64,000 nt of DNA from Rozella allomycis CSF55. Its lineage: Eukaryota. A program made the position numbers and the translations under genes. Positions 26,764-38,583 of the stretch are shown here, piece by piece (position 1 is the first letter of the stretch; every line of letters begins with the position of its first letter). The notes beneath the pieces were generated by a model. The model was given only the letters and a program-made list of their open reading frames with translations, had not been told where the DNA came from and did not search any database. Location: contig KE561038.1 of the NCBI GenBank assembly GCA_000442015.1, positions 1 through 64,000 on the forward strand, written 5' to 3'.

Positions 26764-28722
26764 TTATTGCTTAAAAAAGTAATCATCAATTTCATGCGGT
26801 TCTACCTGTTTCCACATTTCATCAAAATCGTTTCCTAAAAGTGACCAATTCACCAAAGGAGAAGGAGCTGCATCATCTTCCTCGTCTGAAACTATGTGAA
26901 TTCTTTGTGCAATAGCAAGATTATTCAAGTCGCTATAAACGTTAGGCCCAAATTCACTGACAACGGTTATTATTTCCTTTTTAATTTCTTTTCTCTTATT
27001 TCGCAGTTCCTTTGCCTTTGCTGGTTTAAATGAAGCCAAGGCCAAAGGTTTAAGAGATCTAAAAATTCCTAGCCCGATTTCACCAAACCTAATGGCGGCA
27101 TAAGAAATTGTTGGAAAAACTATGATATCGAGGAAAATGCCCAAAAACAATTTGGCATAAAAGTTCCAATTAGTAATTACACCAAAATAACTCAAAAAGT
27201 ACAATGAAATTAGCGTGTAAATAAAGTAGAGACTGGGGATTAAAACTAAACCAACCAGGAGCTTCCATGTAGCCAAAACATCTTTGCCTGAAATTTTAAC
27301 TGATGATGACATTTTGGCTTCGTGAGCTTTCTTGGTGCTAATAATGTTGGCAATGACGGCGATGGGAGCGTTTAACAAGACTCCTGGCAAAGAAAATGAA
27401 AATAGAAATAAAAGCCCGATCAATCTAGTGATTAATCGTGGAATAATTTGAAACGGCTTCAAGATTGTCTTTTTCACTTCATGGTCTTTTAAGCCATAAG
27501 CTAACAAGAGATCATTATATTTCAAGACCTTTTAATGTTTAGAAATCTTATATACCTTTTCTTTCAGTTTTACTATTCTAGAATTGTCTTTGTAAATAGT
27601 GTATCCTTTAATTAATCGCCTAGTTAACTCTAGTTCAGCAAAGGGGTTCATTTTCGTTTTAGGCTGTTTGTAAAGACGTTTAGCTGCTTGGATCACTTGA
27701 AGGGTTTCAAAGTCAGGAGCATTGACGGTGACAGCCATCAAATTACGATAAATAATCTTTAGCAATTCAGAAATCGCATTCCTTCTAAACTCTCCGCCCT
27801 TTTTATAATCTTCAACGAGTCTTGATTCGACTTTAATAGGTTGTCCGTATTCCACCATCGCTCTTGATCTAAATCGGTCTGCATGGAAATAAAATAAGCC
27901 GCATGGAATAATTGGAACATCAAGCCCAGGATATTTTGCCATAGCCCCTAATGCCATTAATGCAACCCCTATTTATTTGACTACAAATCTTAATACCGGC
28001 TTTCAGTGGCAACATNATCTTAATACCGGCTTTAAGCGGTAACATTTCTGCTCTGTCATGAGATCCCCCTTCAGGAAAAATCCCAACAGCCTCTCCGTTA
28101 TTCAACTGTTTAAAAACATTCTCATACACTTTCCCTTGATCTACAACAGGATAGATTAAATATTCTGAAGTCTTTTTTAAAAGAGCATTAGCTTCAGCGG
28201 GAAAAGGCTTCTTGAGCAACAATTTGGTATCACTAATGACTGAATCAACTGTGGCAGTCCCTTGGTCTTTTGGTAACGCTATTTGAACAGGAAGATGTGC
28301 GAATTCTGTCAAGAATTTCGTTCCTATTCCTTTAATCGCAAGGTTTTCGCTGTCAAATGTAATCTTGCCTTTTCCTTTAAATCCGAGATCTTGGGGCCTA
28401 ATTACAGGTATAGCCTCGAGTTTCCGACCAAAAAAGCCAATTATTCTTCGTTTCATTGATTTCTCAGCAATGAGAAACTTCACTTTTCGTTCACATGTTT
28501 GGTATAAAATCATGGGATCCACAAACTATTAAAATTAAGACATCTCTATTACTTGATTGGCATGTGGTGCAGCAACAAATAGAACTAGTTACAATAGCTT
28601 ACTTATCTCTTACCAGGTCCATTTTTTGGTATCTTGTGCCCACCTCGCATTCTAACCTCTTTAAAAAATATAGATATTATGTATCGTATAAAGAATAAAA
28701 TAACATCGAAAAATTTGAACAT
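26764..28722 (-). CDS. Glycerol-3-phosphate/DHAP acyltransferase (Sct1/Gpt2 family)
   Basis: FVAAPHANQFVDP, IFPEGGSHDR, LKAGVA, YFHADRFRSR, DVLATWK and TM helices. Confidence 0.92.
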
Positions 28723-29533
28723 TGCCTAAACCAAGCCATTGATCAACTCTAACACTGTTTAGGCCAAAGTATAATGCATTAATATAGTATAACCAAGCTA
28801 ATTTATTTTTTAATATTTGCTGGCATTTAGTATCTTTCTTTTCCAAGATTGATGTTTTCAGCTCTTGAATAAATATTTGCTTTTCTGAATTTTTACATGA
28901 TTGGTATTGTTTTCCAATTGGAATCAAAAGCATTGGCAGAGCTATTTGGCATTGCTCAACTGACATTGAGTCAATAACCCTTGGTAAGATTTTTAGAATA
29001 GATTCAAAGTTGTCCTAATTCATCAAATTGTGATCGCATTACGCCAGATATCACCCGTCTCATTGTGAGAATACACGGTTTAAAGTCTTCACTTGAAATT
29101 TTCTGCATAATGTCAGGAATGCTTTCCAATATATTTCGTAATCCAACAGATGATATCCAATTCAAACTACATTCGATTGAGAATGATATTTTACGGATAT
29201 TCTTTTTCCAATAGCCCTTCAAAGAAAAATTTAACCATATCCGTATGTTTCAGCATAAAATCTTGTAAATCAACATCCCATTGTAAATCTTTCTTCACAG
29301 ATCCATGTTTGATACGACTATATATCCGTTTTCAATGATCATTACCATGGGATTTTACCCTCTTTGTAGAGATTGGCAAAGTTTCTATTTATCATTTACT
29401 ACACTATTTACGTCGAATGCTTGGACTTTCCAAAAATGTTTGCTGAAGAAGGCTTCTCGATCTTAGGATTTATACTATAAACAAGCTTCGTCCGTTTAAA
29501 TGTATCTCGTGTTAAGTCTGGTTTACCACTCAT
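28661..29533 (-). CDS. PACRGL: PACRG-like protein (3' end uncertain)
   Basis: FANLYKEGKIPCRIKHGSVKKDLQW...FFEGLLEKEYP, the ParcG/PACRGL signature, across four introns. Confidence 0.7.
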
Positions 29534-29664
29534 GCGAGTTTCCAAAATCAATTCGTTGTTATGGCGACAGCGTCTAACTGGGTAAATTAAGAAACCTTCA
29601 ATTTAAAATTGTCTCATCTTTAAGACTTTGTACTGTTAAGTTTTCGAAAAAAATCGCAGGGGTA

Positions 29665-30159
29665 ATGTTTGCTTTTGGTAAAGTTGCAATTGATCCCCGT
29701 GAAATATTTTTCTCGTCAAGTCTATCATTGGCGTTCGTGAACATAAAACCTCTGGTTCCCGGTCACGTATTGGTGGTTCCCAAAAGAAGCGTTGAGCGAT
29801 TTTCGAGCTTAGAAATCAAAGAAGTTCACGACTTGTTTGAATCAGTGCAAAAAGTAAGTCGAGTAATAGAAAAGGTATACTCAGCAACTTCGATGACTAT
29901 CGCTATTCAAGTAAGACTTTTTTTGATAAAATATCTGGACGGATTGGATGCTGGTCAAACCGTTTCACATGTTCACGTTCACATTGTGCCAAGAGTTAAA
30001 GGCGATTGGCCCAACAATGACAAAATTTATGACGATGTACTTTTAATTTTTTACTTTTCTTAGCTAAAAAACAAAGGTTTGGACGATGAACATCGCGTTG
30101 CCAGAACAATTGATGAAATGGAGCTCGAAGCAATACTTTTAAAAAAGCATTTCGAATAG
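29665..30159 (+). CDS. FHIT: Bis(5'-adenosyl)-triphosphatase, FHIT/Hnt2
   Basis: VNIKPLVPGHVLV, Q-DG..AGQTVSHVHVHIVPR, NDKIY, RTIDEMELEA. Confidence 0.92.
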
Positions 30160-30202
30160 GATTAGGTGCACATACATATTAAAAAATCAGCGAATAAAAT
30201 TT

Positions 30203-31223
30203 ATGTCAAAACAACAACATTTGTTGACGTCTGCATCATCGTAAATATGCATAGTTCTTTTATTACGACAGAGTGATACTTGTGAAACCCAATTCAATAT
30301 CAAAGACTTATAATTATGATATTTTAATGCTCAAAAGGTTGTCCGTTTTTGATAGCTTGAGTAGATCGCCAAAAGTCAAATCCTTTTCGAATGCGAGTGC
30401 GTTCCCAGGAGGCCATGTAGAATATTCTGATTTTTTATTCGCTAACAAAGTTTCGAAAATGATACCCTTTCTAAATGGTACCGAGAAATTTAAATAACAA
30501 AAAGAAATTGACAAAGCAAATTTGCCATACAAAGTGGCCGCTTTAAGGGAACTATTTGAAGAAACCGGGATATTAATGACACAATCGTTAACAAAAGGAA
30601 GAGTTGTTTCAATGGATTGCAAGCGTATGTCTGAGCTGAAGGAGATAAGGCAAGAGGTAATACGCTATCACTTCCCTTAAAAGGTTCTAAAAGATTCCAA
30701 AACGTTTCATTTAATGTTTCCCCGTCATCTGGGATTCGCCCCTGCTATCGCACACTGCTATCACTTTGCGAATTGGATTACACCTGCACCATATCAAAGG
30801 AGATATAACACACATTTTTTCATTGCAATAACCAAAGATCCTCACATTAGACCTCTACCCGATGAAAGTGAAATTTCAAGTGCTTTCTTTGCTACTCCGG
30901 ACGAAATACTAACACAATTTCAAGAAAAAACGATCAAACTTTTTCCTCCACAGTTTTACTTGATAAAAGAAATATCGAAATACTATAACATTCATGACTT
31001 GGTCAAGCAAATTCAAACGTCACAGGTTGAACCCGTGACACCGGAAATTGAAAAGATAGAATCCAAATATACGATTTATCTACCCGGAGATTTTAAACAT
31101 TCCTCTTCCAATGGAAACGAAAATATAACCCTTCGCAGGATGATTCTTGATGGTAGTCCTATGGATAACTCATTTACAAATATTGAACTTATAGAAGAAA
31201 ATATGAATAAACCGAAATTGTAA
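30203..31223 (+). CDS. Nudix hydrolase, NUDT19-like
   Basis: ILMLKR, AFPGG.VE..D, AALRELFEETG, ANWITP, RRYNTHFF, LFPPQFY. Confidence 0.85.
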
Positions 31224-31243
31224 TTGCAAATTGATATTTATTA

Positions 31244-33000
31244 CTACGAAGGTTTGATTGTGTATTTTTTATCCATGTTTTCAATGAAATATGTATCAGG
31301 AACTATTTAAAACGGTGTTGTAATATTACTATCAGAAAACCCAGACGTTGCCAGTTTGCTCCAATCTTGAAAATAATTATCATAATTTAAATCATTCAGC
31401 CATTCTAAAAGGTCGTCTGCTTCTTCATTAATATCGTCATCTTTGCCCTTCGAATAACTAATTGAAACGAACTCTTAATCTATCTACATTTTCTTTATCC
31501 AAGCCAATTTTCTTTGCTTTCGTTTTTCTTCCAAATCTTTTTTACGGATTGTTTTTGAGAAATGATGAGGGTTGCTGTTTTTACTCTTTGCGACATCAAA
31601 CTGTCCTAATAGTGTAGGATTCATCAAATATTGGTCGTAAGCCTATGACAGTTTTAAATTGCTAGCTGAAAATTACTTTGGTGGACAAAACTCTCCAGTC
31701 ATCAACATTTCCTCTTGTATACCAACCATCTTTTTATAGTTGCTCAATAGTATACTTTCCCAAATTGAGTCAATTACATCGTATGCCTGTTGTTTTCCTT
31801 TACAATGTTGAGGAATAGATTCTTTTAATGGCTTGATGACATTGTAGCTTGGTCTTGGGCTAAATGAATTTACATCCACCAACGAACCATGAGTAAACAA
31901 TTTGTATACTAATGATGGAGGAAAAGTAGTCTAATGGGTATGAAAAATAGATTATACTCCAGCTAGTCTAAATTTTAAGTGTATCGATGAAACCGGTTCA
32001 ATAAAATGAGACTCTCTTGGATTTATAATTGAGATCAATTTCTTTGGATTCCCATTACATTGAAAGTGCTTAACAAGGCTCTTTAAATATTTAAAAGTAA
32101 CCCTTTGCTATTTTAGGTACCATGAAAAATTACACAGTAAGATCTCCAAGCATTCTGAATCTTTTTCACTGCGTAGATCTCCTCACTCATTGATGGAACA
32201 GACTTTATACTATTTTTACTTTGAGACCCTTTAATTTTCATCTCATTTTCCTTTATCCTTTCAAGTTCTTCATTTTGTTTTAATGCTGCATTCTTCGCCT
32301 CCAATTTCTTCAAGTACATTTTCCTCTGCACATATCCTCTCCAAACGGTTTGTATTTTTACAACACAATACTCATGAAAGGTCATAGCCCGATTTGTCTT
32401 GTACCCATGTGCATTATAGTACAGGTTAAACTTCTTATACAGTTGATCCTTTGCCAAGAAATATAATGTATTACGTTGGCGTTAATTTTTATGGGAGCCA
32501 GCAAATCCTCATTCTCTTTTTGATCTTTACCAATAAGACTTTGATGTGTTGATGTATCATGTGACCACGATGAGCGATTTGCAAGATCAACAAGTTCTCT
32601 TCTGCATTGGGAACCTCTCCAAACCCTTTGAATATTAATTGCTGCCGCACATTTTCTTAAACTTTCAGCCATATTCAAGTCATCATCATTTATTTCGCCA
32701 TTTGTTGATGTTATATAAGTGTTGGAGGTACTAGATCTTTTGGTAATTCGATGTATTTCAACATATTTATCTTGGTTCTTAATGGCGACTTTCTTTGAAA
32801 GAGCAGAGTCATTATAATTAAAAACTTTTCGTTTAATAGCCAACTGAATTGAGTGGTTCAAGTATCTTTACCCAGCGATGCCCGGGCGATTTAGCCAACA
32901 AGTCAATGTACAAATCCACAGCAAATTTGGTATCTTGAATAATGCTAAAGATATTAAGCTTTAATAAGTCAGCCTTTTTTGTAGATTCTAAAGAAGTCAT
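31244..33000 (-). CDS. IQ-motif protein with C11orf65/MFI-like domain
   Basis: Three IQ motifs; FRLAGTTFPPSLVYKLFTH, GWY.R...WR, RKLAWIKK, LLEWLNDLNYDNYFQDW after splicing. Confidence 0.7.
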
Positions 33001-33087
33001 TGTTCTTGGTAACCAAGAAATCGACTGTTCATCAGGAAAAAAAATTAAGACTAAATAATTAATCTTTTCAATCTCATTTTGAATTTA

Positions 33088-33558
33088 TTATATTGCAGCC
33101 ATTGCGAGAGAAGAAACCACTGTGGCACCGTTTGCCAAGTATCCAGTCAAATACACTCCCCTTATAGTCAATTGGTACCCGGCATCCCAAATTAAGTGTC
33201 TAATTCCACAGAATGTATGAAAATTGAAGGTCATGGCTATACATTTAGGATACAAACATATTTTACCAATTAAAAACTTTGAAAACGTAACAAAAGACTT
33301 TGGTAAACGCTGATGAATATAATTTGCAGTTTGATCAATTTTTGGAGCCCCGTTCCATACGTAATAAACAGAGTATCCATATACTAAAGCACCAATTGCA
33401 ACACCAGTGATTCTATTTCCAATAGACATTAGCCAATGCATCTGAGGCTTGTATATTGCAAATGGGGACACCGGTCTTTTCAAATCAATAGATTTCTTGA
33501 ATGGACTCTCGGTGGAGAACAATCTGCGTAATGGATAACTAATTGCTCGACGAGACAT
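33088..33558 (-). CDS. SDH3: Succinate dehydrogenase cytochrome b560 subunit
   Basis: RPVSP, YKPQ, SIGNRITG, FHTFCGIRHLIWD; 30-nt in-frame intron near 33238-33267. Confidence 0.93.
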   Translation of the reverse strand: MSRRAISYPLRRLFSTESPFKKSIDLKRPVSPFAIYKPQMHWLMSIGNRITGVAIGALVYGYSVYYVWNGAPKIDQTANYIHQRLPKSFVTFSKFLIGKICLYPKCIAMTFNFHTFCGIRHLIWDAGYQLTIRGVYLTGYLANGATVVSSLAMAAI

Positions 33559-33839
33559 GGAAATTTCAATGTTGGATTTGAGATTTAGACTACCAGAGGG
33601 AAGGAATTAAAATATATTTCAATAAAATATTTCCAAGAGAAATTTTTGTTTTTTAAAAACATTACATAAAAATTGACGAGCCAAGAAACGTCATCTGACT
33701 CATCTCATATTTCATAAGATTTAGTTGTGAGCTATGTTAAGTATGTATAAGATTTTATGCTAATGGGAGGTATACAATTTCTTTCTTTGGCATGTCATAA
33801 AACAAAGATTTGCAAAATAGGCAAGTGTAAATTTCAAAA

Positions 33840-35714
33840 ATGATTCGGTGCAGAAAACCCTTTGTATTAGCTCCTTATGCTATGAAATTGGTTCAGTCTA
33901 GGGCTTATTGCCGAATCATTAGTGGAAGAAGTATGACACAAAGTCGATTTACTTTGCTGAGATCTGCGAATGATGGCAAAAACAACGGTTCTATTCATGA
34001 AAGGATCAATGAAAGCAAGGAAATAATAGGAAAGAACAAGTCTGTGGAAAAGAAGCCATTATCGCAAAGAATAAAAGATGAAGCATTGCATTATTGGCAT
34101 GGAAGCAAGCTATTGGTGGCAGAGATAAAGATATCGTTTAAATTGATGTGGAAAATGAGAAAGGGGGAATCTCTGACTAGAAGAGAATACCGACAAGTAA
34201 GCATAAATTGTTCACATGATGAACAGTTGATTAGAACAAGTGGTGATTTATTTCGATTGATACCATTTTCCGTATTTGTGATTGTGCCGTTCCTTGAATT
34301 GCTTCTACCAGTGGCGCTTAAACTATTTCCTAACATGCTTCCATCTACATTTGAAGATCAGCATAAGAAAGAAGAGGAAAGAAAGAAGCAATTAAAAGTC
34401 AAAATTGAAATGGCTTCATTCTTGCAAGATATTGTCAAGACAATGGCTGTTGATAAAAATAGTGAAAAGAGCAGAGCAGCACAAGATTTTTCTGAACTTT
34501 TCCGCAAAGTAAATGAAATACTGCAATGATAAATTTCTAGTGTAGAGTTACAGGAGAACCAGTTGCTACAGAAGATTTAATCAAAGTGAGCAAGCAATTT
34601 GAAGATCAAATGACGTTGGAGAACTTGAGTCGACCTCAATTAGTTTCGATGTGCCGCTACATGAACATAAAGGCTTATGGGACAGACAATTTTTTACGTT
34701 ATTTAATTAGAACGAGAATGCAAAAGTTGAAAGCTGATGATAAAATGATAATGAAAGAAGGCGTTGAAAACTTGAATATTCCAGAATTGCAATCTGCATG
34801 TCAAGCAAGAGGTAGACTAATAAACTTTCTATCAATAAAGGAATAAAATTTCTTGGTGCTTCCCCTGTTAGAATGAGAAATGAATTGCAGCAGTGGCTTG
34901 ATTTGCATCTCAAACACGAAATTCCACAATCCTTGCTAATTCTTTCCCGCGCTTTTATGATTGATGGTGAACAAAACGATCCTTCTGAAGCCTTAAGAGC
35001 CGCAATTTCTTCTCTTCCAGATTCTGTTGTCAATGAAGTTGAACTGAATGCCTCCAAAGTCGCTGGTGAAGAAAATTTGTCACCAAAGCAGAAACTTGAA
35101 GTTATTGAACAGCAAGAGGAAATGATTGAAGATGAAGCAATTCAAGAAGAAAAAGAAATTGAAGCTAAATTAAAGGAAGAGAAAGCTGAACACGTCTCCA
35201 CTGAAAAGGAAGAGTTGACTGAAAAACAAAAAGAACAATTAAAAGAAGCAATCATTATTCTATCTTCTGAATCAACATTTGAATCTGAAAAAGATAAAAT
35301 AAAAGAACTAAAATTGGAAAGACAAGATTTGAAATCAGTAAATTTCGTAATTTGATATTTTCTCTGAACGTAGAAGAACCTAAAGACTCTGAGGGAAAGG
35401 CTTCTGTAAGACTCAATGAACGCTTAGAAAAAATGATTTCTCAAATTGAGAATGAATTAAAGAAATATGACAATGAAATTGGAAATCGTTTAAACCTCAT
35501 TAAAACGAATGATCTTGGTCAAATTTCTGTGGATCAACTTGAATTGGCTTTGAGAATGATGAGAGATCATCCCGATGAAGCTAAAATTAAAGAAATCGTA
35601 AGTAAATTGGACAAGGATGGTGATGGCTTTGTCTTTCTCAATGAAATTGTGCAATATCCTAAACCTGAAGGGCATGGAAAAGTTGAATCTGAAAGTCCAA
35701 AAGAAAATAAATAA
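33840..35714 (+). CDS. LETM1: Mitochondrial LETM1/Mdm38 with C-terminal EF-hand
   Basis: HYWHGSKLL, DLFRLIPFSVFVIVPFLELLLPVALKLFPNMLPSTF, ELQSACQARG, LDKDGDGFVFLNE. Confidence 0.93.
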
Positions 35715-35786
35715 ATTCATTTCAAGTTCAACAATTAATCTATTTTTCAACTGTTTTTGTTTGTCAAAATAAATTGAAAACATTAA

Positions 35787-38461
35787 ATGAACGATCTTGT
35801 CATATTCCCATTCAAAACAGGTAAATCCAGTTTCAAAAAGAAAAATAGATTCAAACTCTCAATGCATTTGTTGGTCTTCAAAAGACATAATTTCACACAG
35901 GTAATCTCAATTGATATCTATAATAGTGACAATGGAAAGATGCTCAAGCATTCAGTCGAATCATTAAACAGTTCATCAATTAATGAATTTAAAGCACCAG
36001 AAAACGACCTTGTCACAAGCATCAACGGCACTGACAATCTCGTAGTGGGTACATTTTCAGGAAAGATGTTTATTCTTTCCAAACAATTCCGTGTCGAAAA
36101 GACTATTGAAGCGCACAACGGTGCGATTCTAGGCATCCAATGGAGTCACGATTGCAGCTCCTTTCTCACATGTAACGTCACTAACTTTTTAATTTGTAGA
36201 TGGAGAAGATGGAAGTTTAAAAGTATGGTCAAAGAGCGGTATGCTCCGTACAACAGTAATCCAAACCGGTAACAAACAATTGAATTGTCATATAGGTCCG
36301 CCAATTCTGTCCGCGGCATGGAAATCCGACGATTCACATATCATTTATACTGTCAAGGATTACGTATTCGTCAAGGGAATTCTTCCATCCCATGGTGGAC
36401 TAAAAACTGCTCAATGGAAAGCACATGGTGGACCTGTCACTGTTGTTGACTGTAGTCGCCAAGACTTGATTGCCACCGGAGGTGAAGACAAGAAAGTCAA
36501 AGTAGCATTTAAAACCATTTTTAAAAGATTTGGGATCAAAATGGTCGATTGTTATCATCATTGTCTGTAGCAAATGTTCCTTCTTCGATTGTGTGGTGTC
36601 CTAAAGGCTCACTAGTATGTGTAGGCAGCTATGAAAATATCACAATTTTAAATGAAAAGGGGGTATACACATTTGCATATCATAATAGAACCTGCTTTTA
36701 GAAAAACAAATTGTAAATGCCGGTTCTGTGCAGAACATTGTTTTCAAGTCTGATTCAAACCAATTCGCATTTTGCACCAGTCGGGGAGGGCTATATTTGG
36801 CACATAGACTTGGCTGGTATAACCTAAACTTAATTATTTTATAGTACTGTATATTGGGGACACTGGGAAGCCACAGTAACTACCCCCAACAAAGTAAGCG
36901 TCACAGACATCTTGAATGGCAATTCCGACGAGCTTGATTTCAAAGACCGAGTCCTAGATATTCATTTCAAGAAATGTCTAATGGTAAAAACAGGATCGCA
37001 ATTGTTCGTGTACCACGAAAATCACTGGTCAACACCTGCTGTAATTGACTACAGTGGTAATCTCTACGGCATGTGTCTATCTTCAAAGTAAAAATTTTGA
37101 TTAATATCGAAAGATTTATGGCATTCGTAGAGAACAATGGAATTGTTGTTTATACGACAGAAGGCAAGCAACAATGTTCCATTAAAATCCCCGTTATTGG
37201 AACAAAGCCGTGGATTATGAGCATGAGCTCTGATATCCTTACAATTAGAGACCGCAATGACGACAAGTGTAATTTGCTCATTTTGTTTTAAAAGGCTTCA
37301 CGTCTTATGATTTGAATACCGGAAAAGCGTTGCAGATGTCGCAATATAAGCATGACAGAGATATCAAGAGTTTCAAGCTGGATACATGCGAATCATCAAC
37401 AAAGTATTTAGCCTTTTTGGATTCGGATGATAATTTGTACTTGAGCTCGGCTATCAACGTGCAACCAGTTCGTTTGGGTAAATATAATGGAAATAGGAGA
37501 AAGGACAATTTGTAACCAGTTATAAATGGCACAATACGCATAATATATTAGCGTTTACTACGAGTACCGATTTGTTGATTATTCTATATTACCCGCCTGT
37601 TGTTTTTATTGATAGTGATTTGGTGTCAACTGCGACGATTATCAAAGACTTGTCGTAATAAGTTTTTTCTAGATATATAGGATGATTGGTAGGAGATTGC
37701 AGATTAGAGATGTGAGTGGCCACCAAGTGACTATGAGCAAGGAGGATGATGCATTGTTTTATTCTAGCTTTTCGCCGTTTATTAAATCGATGCAAGATTT
37801 GGTCAAGAGACAGCTATGGGAGTATGCTGTGAAATTGTGTCGATATGTGAATGTAGGTGATTTTATGTGGGGTTGTAAAGGAAGGATCGTTTTGGGCTTG
37901 CTTAGCAGGAATGGCATTGCAATACCAGGAATTGAATACATGTGAGGTAGCTTATGCATCTTTGGATGAGGTAACTGGATAATAAGGCAAATGAATAGAT
38001 TGNGTGTTTAGCGGGAATGGCATTGCAATACCAGGAACTTAATACATGCGAGGTAGCCTATGCATCTTTGGATGAGGTAACTGGATAATAAGGCAAATGA
38101 ATAGATTGCCAAGGTGCAGTATATTTGTAGAATGAAGGACGTAACGAATAGTGTGGAACGACAAGCATTGTTTGCATTGTTGAAGAGAAATGTTTCAGAA
38201 GCCGAGTCTATTTATCTACAGAATGGGAAGATGATGGAAGCGCTTAAATTGAATATTGAGATGTGTAAATGGGATAGGGCAATGGAGATTTGTGAAAAGC
38301 ATAAGATAGAGAAACAAATTGTGGGATTTTATAGGCAGAAATACTTGGAGGAGATGAATATTCCAGAAACCAAACTGGAGTTCATGAAGATGGTAAGTTG
38401 AATGGTTGAAGTAAAAAAGGAAATAAATATACCAGAGGAAGAATTGAGAGTGTTTAAATAA
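35787..38461 (+). CDS. IFT80: Intraflagellar transport protein 80
   Basis: VEKTIEAHNGA..WS.D, GEDGSLKVWSKSGMLRT, WKAHGG, GGED, AVKLCR...FWACLAGMA, EVAYASLDEI; about 14 micro-introns. Confidence 0.9.
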
Positions 38462-38583
38462 AGTTATTTGAGATTAAATATGTTTGAGGGTCTTGAGACA
38501 ATTAGTTGAGACAAAATAGTTTATTAACAAATTTTTGGATTTTGATTTTCAATTTCTTTTATTAAATTTGAACCTTTTAAGGA

